The notes: a model not told the origin generated them from the letters alone. A stretch of 61,747 nt of DNA, filler included, from Hausera hauseri (GCA_046269625.1; 11 parts of 11 records of this genome joined end to end with filler, not necessarily neighbours in it); one strand, 5' to 3'. Shown: positions 22,828 through 35,207, counted from the whole stretch's first letter. Program-made: numbers and translations.

Positions 22828-25800
22828 TGTCTTTTATCAATTTCGACTCAAATGCTTTCCCGCAGTCTGTATGTATTTCTTTTGGTGCTCCATATTTGAG
22901 GATCTATTTCTTTTCTATCTCTGCTTTGATGGTTGCTTCGTCTTGCCTTGGTATAGCAATTAGGGTTAGGTATCTATTGTACTGATCTATCATTGCTAAA
23001 ATGTACCATTTTTTTCATGTCTCCTTCATTGGTCCACAGATATCTATATATTTTTTCTCGAATAGCTTATTTGCTGATAGGGTCACTGTTTCTTCCTTCG
23101 TGCTCATTGTCAAGGTTTTGCTTTGCTTTTTTTGTCTGGACTGCTTGTCGTAGGTTGTCCATGTCACAGTTAATGTCAATGTATTTTGTTACCTTTTCTG
23201 ATCCTGCGTGGGACAGCATGACATAATTGTGTGTTATCATTTCTACGAGTCTGTTCGTCGGTATCCAAATCTTACCTGTTCGTTTTTCTATTATTCAATC
23301 CTCTAGTATAAATCTTCCTTGTTTTCTTCGGGCAATGCTTTCTTTCATTTCTTCAATTTCCTTGCTATCCTTCTTGTATTGGTGTGTTTCTACTGTTCTA
23401 CGACGTTTATAATTCGAGTCTTGCTTTTCTACATTTTGGTGTCGTCGTGTTGTTGTAGACATTGGCTGCATGTTTCGCAACTCGTGCGGGATAGCATATC
23501 TGCGTTCGCATGATCTTCGCCTTTTCTGTACTCCAGATTGATGTTTAGACTGAATAGGTAGTTGATCCCCGTCTGAAATTGGGCTGTTATAGGTTTTTTT
23601 GTCTTTCCCATTTGTGGTCCGTTCTTAATGTGAACCGTTTCCAGTATATGTAATGGTTGAAATGTTGACAGAAATAATACATGGCCAGTAGTTTTTTCTG
23701 AGTTATACAATATCCTTTTACATGGTTGTTCATTGTTTGTGATACGTACGCAATAACTCTCTCGCGCCCCAAACTATCTTTCTGTGATAGTACCACCCCA
23801 ATTGTGTCAAAGCTTGCGTCCGCATCGAGGATAAATTCTCTATCGAAATCAGAGAAACCTAGTATTGGTGGTGTGGCTAAAGCTCTTTTCACTGACTCAA
23901 AAGACTTGTTACATTGCTCGGTACATATTAGTTTCTTGTTATTCAATTTGCATAGTTGCTCCAATGTCTTGACCTTTGTTGCGTAACCTTGGATAAATAT
24001 GCTATAGTAGTTGCAGATCCCTAAGAAGCTTCTCAATTTCTTGACACATTTTGGTTTCTCAAAGGACTTAATTGCTTCCGGTCTTGACGGATCTGTCTGC
24101 ATCCCCTTCTTATTCACTATGTGCCCTAAAAATTTTACTTCTTTCTTACGGATGTGATATTTCTTTGGGTTTATTCTGAGACCTGTTTGCGTGATCCGCT
24201 GCAATACCTTTTCTAGTATCCTATAATGCTCTTCTAGAGTCTTACAGAAGATTAGTATATCATCTAGGTATACCACTGTTTGTTCAATGTCCCCTAGTAC
24301 TTTATTCATTAGTTCTTGGAAGGTGCCCGGAGCTGCTGCTATGCCGAATGGCATCCTGTTAAAACAGAACTGTCCTAATTTGGTTGAAAATGCTGTCTTC
24401 AATTTGGAGTCTTCCTCTAACTCGACTTGGTAGTATGCATTCCCTAGGTCGATTGACGTGAAAACCTTTGTCCCGTATAACCTGTCCAATATCTCTACCA
24501 CGTTAGGCATGAGGAAGGTCTGCCGTTCCGTTATAAGATTCGGCTGTGTGAAGTCCAAGCATATTCTGACATCGTTCTTGTCTTTCTTCCATACGCATAT
24601 CATTGGTGTATTCCATGCTGGGTTACATGGCTTGATAATGTCGTTTTCTCATAGGTTTCGGATGGCCTCGTCAATCTTTTTTTCTAGGTTCACTAGTTGC
24701 CTCTGAGGTTTGATATTAATCGGGGCTCCTGTCGTGTCTATTCGGTGTTTGATGAGAGATGTGCACCTTATATCCCACTTGTCGGCCATGAATATTTCTG
24801 GGTATTTCTGTATAATGTTGAGTAGCTCTTTGTTGTCACCCACATGAAGAGCTTCCTTTGCCCTGTGTACTTGTTCTTGATTAGTCACCTTACGGCCGAA
24901 CTTGTCTTCCAGGTTGAATATATCTTGCTGTAATGTCTCCGTTTCCATGCGTTTCCATCCCAGTTCTATTCCAAATGCCTTTTGCAGGTCCACATCACCT
25001 ATTATTTCTGGGAGTAATTCCGATACTACCAGGAATGTCACACGTCTCCTTAAATCCTTGATTTCTACGTCTGTTGTAAATGTGCACAGGCAATCTAAAG
25101 GGCTATTATTCGCGCATCGTAGCGTGGTATCTGATTTATCTATGTGTGTGTTTGCAAGTTTATCCACGGTCTTTTTGCTTATGACGTTTACCCCGGCCCC
25201 TGTGTCCAATAAGCAATCTGCCCATCTGTCTTGTATCTTTAATTTGATTCCTGGTCGTCCATTAAACTTCATATATGATATCTGTTCGACATACAATTCT
25301 TCCAGCGTAGAGATCTGCGTATCGCTCCCACTTTCTTCCATTCCGTTGAAGGATACTTCCTCGAAATTTTCCGTACTTTTTCCTATGTCCTTTTATCCAT
25401 CGCTATATCTCCGTGCCCCCTTCTTCTTGATCCGTCTATACTGTTTGATATACTACTAATACTATAAATAACGATATTTTAGGAGACTGAATCTATTGTA
25501 GTGCCCCGATTTGCTCCACTTTTATCGAGGCTCTACCTTTTGTGGCAACTGACTCCTGATCAGATTCTGTTTCTTCTTCCTCTACGTTTGCGACTTCCCC
25601 CCATCTTCTGTCCACGTTATCCCCGTACCTTCTTTTGACTCTGTACGTATCCCATCCTAGTTCTCTTGCCCCTTCTGTTGGGACTTGACTATTCAGTTGG
25701 GGAATCCTGCAAAAGTCCGATCAGAAGTGTGGGAACAATCAGAATTTCAAAATTGTGTATATAAAAGAGTGTGCGCGTGTATATATAAAATGGAGTGTGT

Positions 25801-27980
25801 ATGCAAATGTTATATATATTGTGTACAGAAAAAAATTATCTTTATAATGTTCAATTTGTGTGGGGTAAAGTTTATCTGGAAAGAAAAACCGTGATTGAAG
25901 AAGGTAAGTGTTCGTGAAATCTGAAATATAGTGATATGATTAATCGATACAGCACGACCCTTGTGGGCATTCATGGGAGCAGAAAAGTTAGAGAAAAGAG
26001 GTATGTATGTGTACACGTATTTGTGTGTGTATACTTGTGTACAAAAAAGAACATAGATGAGAATTAATAAAATTGATTATATATAATTTTAAAATTTTTG
26101 ATATAATATTAACTTTGGAATGGTTATTATATAATCCTACTTTTAGGAATAAAAAGATGAAAGCGAAGAAAATGGATAACAAAGCTATTTCATTCAATTG
26201 CAACGACAAATTAGATGAATTAGATAAAAGGGGAATGATGCCAAATCACAGTGAAATACAGAATGGAATTTATGGAATTTGTGTTGGAGACTTAACGTTA
26301 AACAGACAAATTCTAAGGTTGATTAAAATGAACCTGGTCTCTGGAAACTCAATATTAAGTGGAACTATCATAAATCCTTTGATGAAATCGAATTTTCCAC
26401 CTCGCTGTTCATCATGGATTACAGAAGATATAATATCTGATGTTATGGTGCAAGATATCAAAAAGCATCGGCCATTGTTGTCTATGAATGAAAATGATAT
26501 GATAAAACCATCTATTCAATATTGGGATTTTATCACACGACAACCTATCTTCAATAATTTGACAACGGATCATCGGCTCACCGACGAAGAAGTGGATTAT
26601 TTTCTCGTGTCTAAAACGTTCTCTCGTATCTTATCTTGTTTAAAGTCCAGTCTCATAGGTGTTATTAGAAGTATCATTACTAGTCAGTTATTGCAAAAAT
26701 CTCTGTCACATTGTCAATATTCATTGTGTAATTTGAAGGGATCGGACTTTTGGGTTGATGAACTTTTCACAAGAGGTTGTCGTAATTCTCGTCATTCTGG
26801 GAAAAAACTTGATATCAAAACTAAATCAAGTAATGTTCCTGTGATCTTAGTTCAAGGTTGCCTTAATAAGATTATTAGTTATTATTCTTGTTTTTCTGGT
26901 CCCGTAGATGTTAGTATGGGTCGTGTTGTAGAGGGGATTGTCTGCACACTCGAAAGGGTTAAAACAAATGAGTGGGAAAATAAAGTTCAAGAAAAATGTT
27001 TTAAAGGGCTGATGATAAGTAGTCTCCAATATAAGTTCTTCTAAGGATTAAAGGGTTCAATGGTAAAGGGAGAATTAATTGAGAAAATTTACGAATCTAA
27101 TTCAAAAGTATATGGGCCCAGGAGAAAAATTATAAATGTGACTTCATGTTTTAATACGGATAACACATGGATGGATAAAGCTGTTTATTCTAGGGATGGT
27201 GTACGTGATGATAACATGAATTTACTATGTAAATGCTATATAGATATTCCACCTTCCAGCCTGGTGTAGCACTCCTTTTCTGTATGTTCCTTATGGTGAC
27301 ATCTTGCACAGCTAAGGTTTACGCAATTTCGTCTGATGTGTCCTAGCTGACCACATCCGCAGCATCTTATTGGTTTCCTTTCGGAACACTGCCTGCTTAT
27401 GTGTCCTTCTTTTCCGCATCCAAAGCATTTCATTGGTCTCGGTCCGGTGCAAGATATGCTCGTATGTCCTTCTTTCTGGCATGTTCAACACTTTAATTTA
27501 CTATTTGATGTTCTAGTTGGGGTCGGGGTGATTCCAGGAACGGGTTTCCTAATATTTTGTGCTGCCACTTCCTGGTAGCTTCTTTTACCTATCCCCGGAT
27601 ACTCCTTGACAGTGTTGACTTCTTCTATCTTAATCTTTACCTCGTGTATCTTCCGTTTTTTTGCCTTTATTGTTTCCGCGTATCGCTTGTCACTGAGGCA
27701 TATTTCTCTTCTCATCTCTCTATTGTTACAACTTTAGAACAATAGTTCTTCTTTTAGAACCTAACGTGAAAGATTGTGTTTCATGACTTTATCCAGAAGT
27801 TTCTCGATTGTCTCAAAGTAAGCCTCCGGTTCTGTTCCATTTATTCTGTACTCGAGCGCTTCTTTTAGATCTTCGCATAGCGTTGAGGGTCATGCGAAAG
27901 CCCTCCGTAGTCGGTTTTGGTATCCAGTTATCTTCGCATCTACTGCCTCGTATTTTTCTAGTGCATCTTCTTCCAAGAGG
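22828..27980 (-). mobile_element. Decayed Ty3/gypsy element, family A (gag with CCHC knuckles, protease, RT, RNase H, integrase start), interrupted by insert 25676-27251
   Basis: LLDTGAGVNVI, IDLGNAYYQV, RMPFG, YLDDILI, DADAS; paralog of 36940-40256. Confidence 0.95.
25676..27251 (+). mobile_element. 1576-bp insert with TG...CA ends and CCTTC target-site duplication; probable endogenous negative-strand RNA virus fragment (L protein N-terminal region)
   Basis: CCTTC at 25671-25675 and 27252-27256; empty site at ~39055-39075; ORF 26158-27251 (one stop at 27042) with SILSGTIINP, DVSMGR, YKFF.GL.G.MVKGELI in the order seen in Mononegavirales/chuvirus L N-termini. Confidence 0.6.
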
Positions 27981-28212
27981 TTTTTTGTGGTGCCGCAGTT
28001 TTGGGCGTCACCACAAGTCCCGCTTATCAAAAAATGAAATATAATAATAATCGCTGTTATCCAATGATGCGAAGGAATTTCATTGAAAATGAGATGGAGA
28101 CAAGTAATAATTNNNNNNNNNNNNNNNNNNNNNNNNNNNNNNNNNNNNNNNNNNNNTTAATTAATTAANNNNNNNNNNNNNNNNNNNNNNNNNNNNNNNN
28201 NNNNNNNNNNNN

Positions 28213-31079
28213 TGGTCTGACTGCCTCGGCTAGGTCAGAGGTACTGAGAGCCAAATGTAAACTACACGTATCCATTTCACATAGCTGAAAGTCGATCCTA
28301 TCAACATAGTTATCTATAAAATCGTAATAAAACTCTAACATTCTCAACTTTGCATCTTGATTTACGAAAAAACCTATTTGTAACGGGAGATTCCAAACTA
28401 TTTTTTCCTTCTGACTAATTTCTGTCATTTTTTAAATAGAGGCTATAACCGATTCGGTAGTGAGTGTCTTCACCCTTACTGTAAGATACGTCAGAGTGTT
28501 CGGCTATATTGGTAAAAGTTTTGCCATAAGTGGCATTCCCCAACAACTTCATCGACTTGCTGATAATGGCATATACGTTGTCGAGATCTGCCAGTCGCCG
28601 AGCATCCGAGACCTTTTACCAACCTCTTTGAAACATGCCTTTAAATGGTACTCAATGACCCAGTACACGTTTGTGACTTGTAGTCCGTGATTGATATACC
28701 ACCGTAATAACAAATTCACCAGGAGAATCTTTTCACTTTGTAACTCCCCACCAGCGTGTGGCGAGGACTAGTCAAGAGTTTGTTCTCTATCGTATTTACG
28801 CATAAAATCCCCTATGTCGGCTCTAGACGCTTCGACGATTTTGAATATCGGAGTCATTTCAGGCAAATGAATCTTTAATTCTTTGGGGACGTGTATATCA
28901 CACTCTACCAAGCCAAAACATTTCCGGTCCTGTACAGCTTTCAGAATTTCTTCTTTGGTCGGTGACCGAAGGAAGGTGATTGCGCCTTAAAGGGCATAGT
29001 GCGCAGAAAAGCCTTTATTGCTAGCTTTGATTTTTTTCAGAGCATTCCACTCAAATTCCCACATCACCACGACTTCAGCGAGTTTAGATATTTGCTCGTG
29101 AACCGAGGTTCTTTTGATTTTTTTAAATTATCTATTTATTCCTAACAGAAATATCCCTTATTTTCCTTTATCTTATACGTGGCTAGATACTCGCTATAAC
29201 TAAAACCCTACGCTAGGTAATTACACAAATCTAAAAATTTCACATTTGGCGTAGAAAAGCACATAAAGTTATTGTTTCTTTTAACTATAAAATTACGAGG
29301 CTTGGCAGAAGCTGCAGCATATCTAGCCTCGTTCTTTTTGGGGTTTCCCATCGTCACTGCTTTGAGAGGCGTGTGCAGTTATTGGGAATGGTTTAATCAC
29401 GTTAATATCATATTTTCCCGAGTTGAATCCTATGACTGGGAGCTGGTACAAATAAAACGTCAATTTGTCTAGAAGCGTTCTATCTTCTAATTTGCCCAAG
29501 ACTTTAATCACTTCCTCAAATTGTTTCTTTAACAGCTTAAAAGCCGTCTCTGAAATTTCTTGGAGCGTCTCCGTTTTTAAGAAGCAAATTGGATCCGTCA
29601 TTCCAGACACGTTAGAAAGTACAGAGATAACGGGACGTGTTTTGTGATAAATTTCGTCGCACCAGCCTCGGGAGGCAAATCTGTCTAGTGGAAACAAAAT
29701 AATAGTCGCCCGATAGGGGTACACAAAGTTTGTGTCATCTAATATTCCGAGTAGATCGATTTCCTCCCAAATAGTCTCGTGTGGAATGTAAACACCACCC
29801 TTATAGACATCGACAGGTTTTCTCCCAATACAAGTCTCTTCGTGTCGCATCAACATTTGGTGTTTGCCGCATTTGCTATATGAAAAGGCATGCGGCGCTT
29901 GATCAGTGTCCGAAATATGGATGAAATGGTTCCTATACACTAATAAATATAGTGTTTTTATATATTCACCGCTACATCTGAGTTTCGGGATGAGTACCTC
30001 TTGTTGGTCAAACTCAAAAATATCTATATGTATTTGGAAACGTTCTTATAATTTGGGAAGATCTGTTAAACTAACCCCAGGGAAACTGTCCAGTGGTTGG
30101 AACTCCTGGTAATCCGTGTTGGAGGCGTTGTTGTGTGCTTCGTCTAGTGTCCTTTGTTTTTTTACCTCTAAAAACTGCTAAACATCAAAAGAAACATAGA
30201 TTGTCTGTATAGAGCCTTAAGCTTGAGTCATATTGTAGTGTAAAAATGGCTGGATTTCGTGTAATATTTTCGAGTATTTGGTCTAGAGTGCATCCTATCG
30301 GGTATTCGTTTAAGTGTATACACAAAAACTAGATGATGGAATTGCTTCTACGGCGTATTTTGTGTCTGGCCTACTGTGTAATGAAAACTAAGTGGATCGT
30401 CTGGTTCTAAAGCCCTATCGAAATCTACAAAGTCTGCCCTTTTGTTAATGAGTTTAGGTGTGTCTAAGACAGCTGCATTGTTTGATGATGCGTGGTAAAA
30501 CCGTAGGTCCCCTGTCTCCCTGTGCCTAAGAAAAAAATGGTGGCTGTAGATAATATTAAACTTACGTATTTGACGTTTAAATATGTTGTCTAAGAGACAG
30601 GTTCAGTCCAAACGGTGATCAGTATCTGGTCTGTGGAAATATGTGTAAGTGGAAATGTGTTTGACAGTGTTTCTGTGTGTTTTAATAGACGCCCAATTGT
30701 CCATGTACTTCTGTCTGAGATAATCAGCCAAATGATTTAATGAATCAAAGTCAGAAACATTTTTCTTTGACTTCTCAAGTTTTGGTTTTTTTCCTTAAGA
30801 AAACACAGTCCCCTCATTCGAAGGAGTAGATCTCGGTTCTTCTCTTGAGAAGGAGCAGATCACACACTTGAGAGATGATTCAACGGCTTTTTATCGGCCG
30901 GTTGAACGGGAGCAGGTCTCTTTAGCGAGTCACTGTGTTCCTTTTGGATATGTGTTTTTAAATTTCGACCGCACACATCGCAGGTATGTTATTTGCAGGG
31001 ATGTGTAGATTCAGTATGTCGACACATATTTGTAGCGCGGGTAAAGATTCGCTCACATTTACCACAAGTATGTCTTTGT
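28213..31079 (-). pseudogene. Polinton protein-primed family B DNA polymerase with N-terminal C2H2 zinc fingers; fragmented
   Basis: LPVIGFNSGKYDINVIK (ExoII), VVMWEFEW, MKLLGNATYGKT (motif B), QIGFFV...AKLRMLEFYYDF, CEMDTCSL (motif C); HTCGKCERIFTRATNMCRHTESTH near 31000-31075. Confidence 0.9.
29120..29320 (+). mobile_element. LTR end + primer-binding-site relic interrupting pPolB
   Basis: ...TTTCACA (29244) TT TGGCGTAGAAAAGC; coincides with a large deletion in pPolB. Confidence 0.4.
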
Positions 31080-32413
31080 CTATGTGGAAGAAGAAACAAA
31101 ATATACGTTTAATAAGATTGGCTTCTAACCCAATTAATGCTGTTCTTCAACTTGGGACCAATCCTCCAGACAATGTAATCCTGTCACTAGTTCAATGTTT
31201 TCCATCACAGGATGTTTCCTTTCTCCTACTGTGCAAGGCTTTCTAGCACTCCCAGGTATTCAATGTTTCCCCGAGATTCCCGTTACCCGAAGCCACCATC
31301 TCACAATACATAAACACAGTCAAGTTACAAATAATGATTACTCGATCTGTACCCCCTAAATGTCTAAAACCAGAATGAAAGCTGTCTCTTGGTTCACTAA
31401 TGACACATCATTCTATATGTACTCAATACTGTTTTTTAAAAACAAATGCTACTCCAATACTTTTCTTTACAAACACATGTCTAAAACTAAATAAAAGCTG
31501 CCTACTCACTATACACAAATATTATTATCGAACCTTTTCTGCAATAGGCCTCACAGCAGTTATTAAACCATTAGACACAACGGCGGTCTCATTGGATTGC
31601 ATAATTTCCATTGGTACTGAGACAACATGATTCATCGATTGTTACTGAGACAATAGATTAGATGTGCCTTAGATACTACTTAATAACTGCAACTACTTAA
31701 ACCTCTAGTACAGAATAAACTTACTTTAATGGAGTGAGCAGGGCGGCGAAATAACCGAACAATGGTACCGTTACAAAAAAACGAATAGCTTATAACTCAA
31801 AAAGTTCGGCTTTATATATGCGTGTTGTGTTTGGCCACCTACCGCGATGGCCCACTATGTCTAGACTCGGCGACGCTTATTTAATTAGCTACAAGGAACT
31901 GACTGTTCCTTGTCATCACTAATGTGTGTCATGGTCTGACATGTCTGATACGTGAGTGAGATTATCGGGGAAAATTTCCCGCTGCCGCGTATCAGGTTCT
32001 CTACCTGTCAAACATGTCAGCCTACTTTAGTATGTTAGGAAATGTGGAAATAAAATGTTTTGATAAGAGATTTTAAAGGGTTTCAGTATGAGAAATCTTT
32101 TAAAATATTTAAATGCCTTTTGTAGTAGAAAATGTTGCTTGTGAATATCTATATATAAAAAGTCCATTGTACACGCCTAAGAAGGCGTATAGGTAATTGT
32201 GGAGTTAGTGTGCACATATTTTCCTAGACATCGGCACATAATTTGGTTATGTTGTCAGCATAACGCCAGGCCGCCTTTACTTTCCCAGAGAATTTCTCCG
32301 GTACCCATTTTTGNNNNNNNNNNNNNNNNNNNNNNNNNNNNNNNNNNNNNNNNNNNNTTAATTAATTAANNNNNNNNNNNNNNNNNNNNNNNNNNNNNNN
32401 NNNNNNNNNNNNN

Positions 32414-32871
32414 GGAAAACACCGAGTAGTGGTTTACGCCGAACCGTTTCAAGACCGCTGCAACGTGGGCGTTGTAGAATTCCTTATCCAAATCCGTTTG
32501 TAAATGCTTAAGCTGTTGTAGTTGTATCAGTGTCTGAACAGCGTCGGCAATCTCTAACGGATTTAGATTTCACAGCAATTGCACGTGCAAAACGACTAAA
32601 CACTTCAATACATGTCAGCACGTACCAATACCCATCGTTGATGCTGCCGTACGGATTCATTTCCATCAGATCCATTTGCCATGTTATTTACACCGGCAGT
32701 ACGGTATGCACGAGTTGGAAACCGTCTTTTTATCGGTTTGTTTAGGCTGTATGCTAACTGTTTCTCGAGTCAACGTTAGGTCTATTGCCGAGTCTGTTTG
32801 ACAGTCTTTGCCACTTTGTCGACTCCACTATAGCCGACGGGATGACGCGGGTCGAACCACACGTTGCCCAT
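32414..32871 (-). pseudogene. Polinton retroviral-like integrase (N-terminal half)
   Basis: WFDPRHPVGYSGV, LEKQLAYSLNKP, WQMDLMEM, GYWYVLTCIEVFSRFA, LQTDLDKEFYN. Confidence 0.9.
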
Positions 32872-33018
32872 CGGTCTTGTCGTCGATGGTGCGGGTTTTT
32901 CTTGCTTTACAACAATTAGAACAAAACGTAAATGAAAGATTTGGTAAACTGGGACAGAAAGGTGAAAACCATGCACCCATATCGCCGAATCATCATAGAC
33001 TTACCATCATTGTTTATA

Positions 33019-33345
33019 CTATGCTGCTGTAGAATTAATGAGTCCACCCAGTAATGACGTGACAATCGGTAGAATTGCACCAAGCAATCCACCATCTTGC
33101 TGGTACATGACCTATCGTTTCAGTCGTTTACTACGAGCGTTGGCAAGGCTAATGAGTCGTTTCCGGTACTTTAGTAAATTCCGCTTCCCACTATCAATGT
33201 CAACGTGACCTACAACGATATTGTATAAAATTTCCATCAAATCGTCTACTACAAATTGCGGGAATGATCGTAGCATGTTTTGCTTATGTCTCGAAGGTGC
33301 CTAGAGTAAAGCAATACAGTACGGCTGACTACGTTTGAATCGCAT
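33019..33345 (-). pseudogene. Conserved Polinton/adintovirus small protein with C-terminal amphipathic (membrane-active, cupiennin-like) peptide
   Basis: Manual translation: ...LMEILYNIVVGHVDI...LLKYRKRLISLA...YQQDGGLLGAILPIVTSLLGGLI; two internal stops. Confidence 0.7.
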
Positions 33346-33381
33346 TTTTTGGACGTATTGATGCTGCTGAGAGGTAGTTAT

Positions 33382-33552
33382 TTATAACTGTTGCCACTGT
33401 GACGGTAATTTGCGTCTAGTTGCTGCTGCTGTTGTTCGAAGCATAGAATTGATTAATGGCTTGACTGTAGCGGTTCGTTTTGATACACGTTTCTTGCCGA
33501 GCACCCGCTTAGTAGGTTTACGTTTAACAATTGTTTTTCGGAAATTCTTCAT
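33382..33552 (-). CDS. Small basic protein, possible virion core/DNA-condensing protein
   Basis: MKNFRKTIVKRKPTKRVLGKKRVSKR..., between ATPase and membrane-active protein on the same strand. Confidence 0.45.
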   Translation of the reverse strand: MKNFRKTIVKRKPTKRVLGKKRVSKRTATVKPLINSMLRTTAAATRRKLPSQWQQL

Positions 33553-33577
33553 TTTATCACTATCGTGTCGTCGATTT

Positions 33578-34217
33578 TTAAATTTGTTTAGACACACCTT
33601 TCTGATTGAAAATGTCTGTTCGTACACGCATGTCATCGGGACGCTGTTGTGTAAAGTCGATGAACAAGTATCCGTGTGGCTCGATCGTAGCATCATGATA
33701 TGCATCTATCAAGTAGGCTCGGTTGTGAGAAAATGCTTGTCGTGCAACATAATCAATAATAGTCTGATCACGGGGATTTTTTGAACAACACCAAATAGTG
33801 TACGTTGAGATTTCTTGTTCGATGCTGTCCGTCCTGATAAAACATGTTTTGCGTAATGAAAATAACCGTCACACCACGGTGTCGTGCAATCTTAGTGAAC
33901 AGGTTGTTGAAGTCAGTTTATTTCGTTGCCTCTTGAAATAAAACGTCAATTACAACAACGTTACCGTTGCGTAGTCGTTATTATTATTACCGTTATCGAT
34001 TTCAGTTTACAAAATTCCCAATGTGTCAAACCTGACTCTCCATCATCACCGCTGTCCTGATGCCAGTAAATGTGATTGAACAGCGCCGACTGGAATATAT
34101 CACGGTAGTTCTGCATCAATTTGCAAAGTGTGTTTTGCCACTTCCACAGGGGCCTACAATCTGGAAAATGGCACTATTCTGCAGCTTCATGTCGTTCTTG
34201 ATGCATTTCTCATACAT
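33578..34217 (-). pseudogene. Polinton A32/FtsK-like packaging ATPase
   Basis: Walker A GPCGSGKT; LFTKIARHRGVTVIFITQNMF; NLNVHYLVLFKNPRD; AYHDATIEPHGYLFID; frameshifted. Confidence 0.9.
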
Positions 34218-34275
34218 TTTGTTTATAATCACACACACATAAATAGGTGCAGCATGAACACTGTTCCAATCAATC

Positions 34276-34683
34276 ATGATAACCAATATTAACTACCATG
34301 GACATGTTACTGAGTGTATTAATGCGCTGCCGTTTAATCAATGGAAGCCGAGACAGTATGTCTACAAATGTCCACCGGATATTGCATGCATCATTTCCAT
34401 CGGGAAAGTGTCGTATTATGGGTTTTCGCAAACCAATCACAAATGATGGACATCTACCATTCGGAATTATCACTGACCAAATTCAATCAATAACGGTAAA
34501 GACTCAGATTGCTCACCACCACCACCACCACCATCAATTAATCTGCACAAATTAACAATGGCTACCAAATGTATTTATGAGCCCGAACTGTTTCCTACAC
34601 TGCGACTAACACTTACGCCGCCTTGTGTCAATGATTTTAGCAATGGAAAATTTGTCGTATTGGGAATTCGGTCAATCTACTGA
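34276..34683 (+). pseudogene. TATA-binding-protein-like gene within Polinton (two frameshifts)
   Basis: Reconstructed MITNINYHGHV...ACII/FPSGKCRIMG...IQSITVK...INLHKL...IYEPELFPTLRL...VNDFSNGKFVVLG: two TBP half-repeats. Confidence 0.75.
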
Positions 34684-34748
34684 GACGACTACTAATCAAA
34701 TTAAACACCACAAGTGTTTTACTGAATCAAAGTAATATACTCTGACCA

Positions 34749-35207
34749 ATGGATTATAAATATCATTCTCATATTCGTTCAGACATTACTACTATGGAAA
34801 ACGATGATAAAACAATTCTGCTAAATAATACTTCTGACAATGACAAAAGTACAGATTGGTCATGGCTGTTTGGTGACAAGAATGACAATGTCAGCTATTT
34901 GGAACCAAAACCTCTACAACAATTAGTAAAACCGATATTAAAACTGCAAGGGAAAATTATTGGTGGTAAACACATGTCAGATGAAGACAGAGCGATAATA
35001 TTCAATGGTGATGATGATGATGAGAGTTTCGATTTTTCACAAATGCTTAGTGGCAACAATTCTAATGTCAACTGTCTGGAACCGAAAATAGAATCTGTCA
35101 AACAATTAGAAAAGCCTAAATTAAAACGACAAGCGCGAATGACCAATAGAATACAGAAACGAAAATTAAAGCCTACGCATCAAACACTGTCATTTTTACC
35201 GACGTGA
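34749..35207 (+). CDS. Polinton accessory ORF with internal duplication, unknown function
   Basis: DWSWLFGDKNDNVSYLEPK..QQLVKPILKLQ vs DFSQMLSGNNSNVNCLEPK...KQLEKPKLKRQ. Confidence 0.5.
   Translation: MDYKYHSHIRSDITTMENDDKTILLNNTSDNDKSTDWSWLFGDKNDNVSYLEPKPLQQLVKPILKLQGKIIGGKHMSDEDRAIIFNGDDDDESFDFSQMLSGNNSNVNCLEPKIESVKQLEKPKLKRQARMTNRIQKRKLKPTHQTLSFLPT

Noticed and set aside
34514-34534. Poly-His metal-binding tract
   Set aside because: (CAC)n microsatellite at a frameshift inside the TBP-like gene
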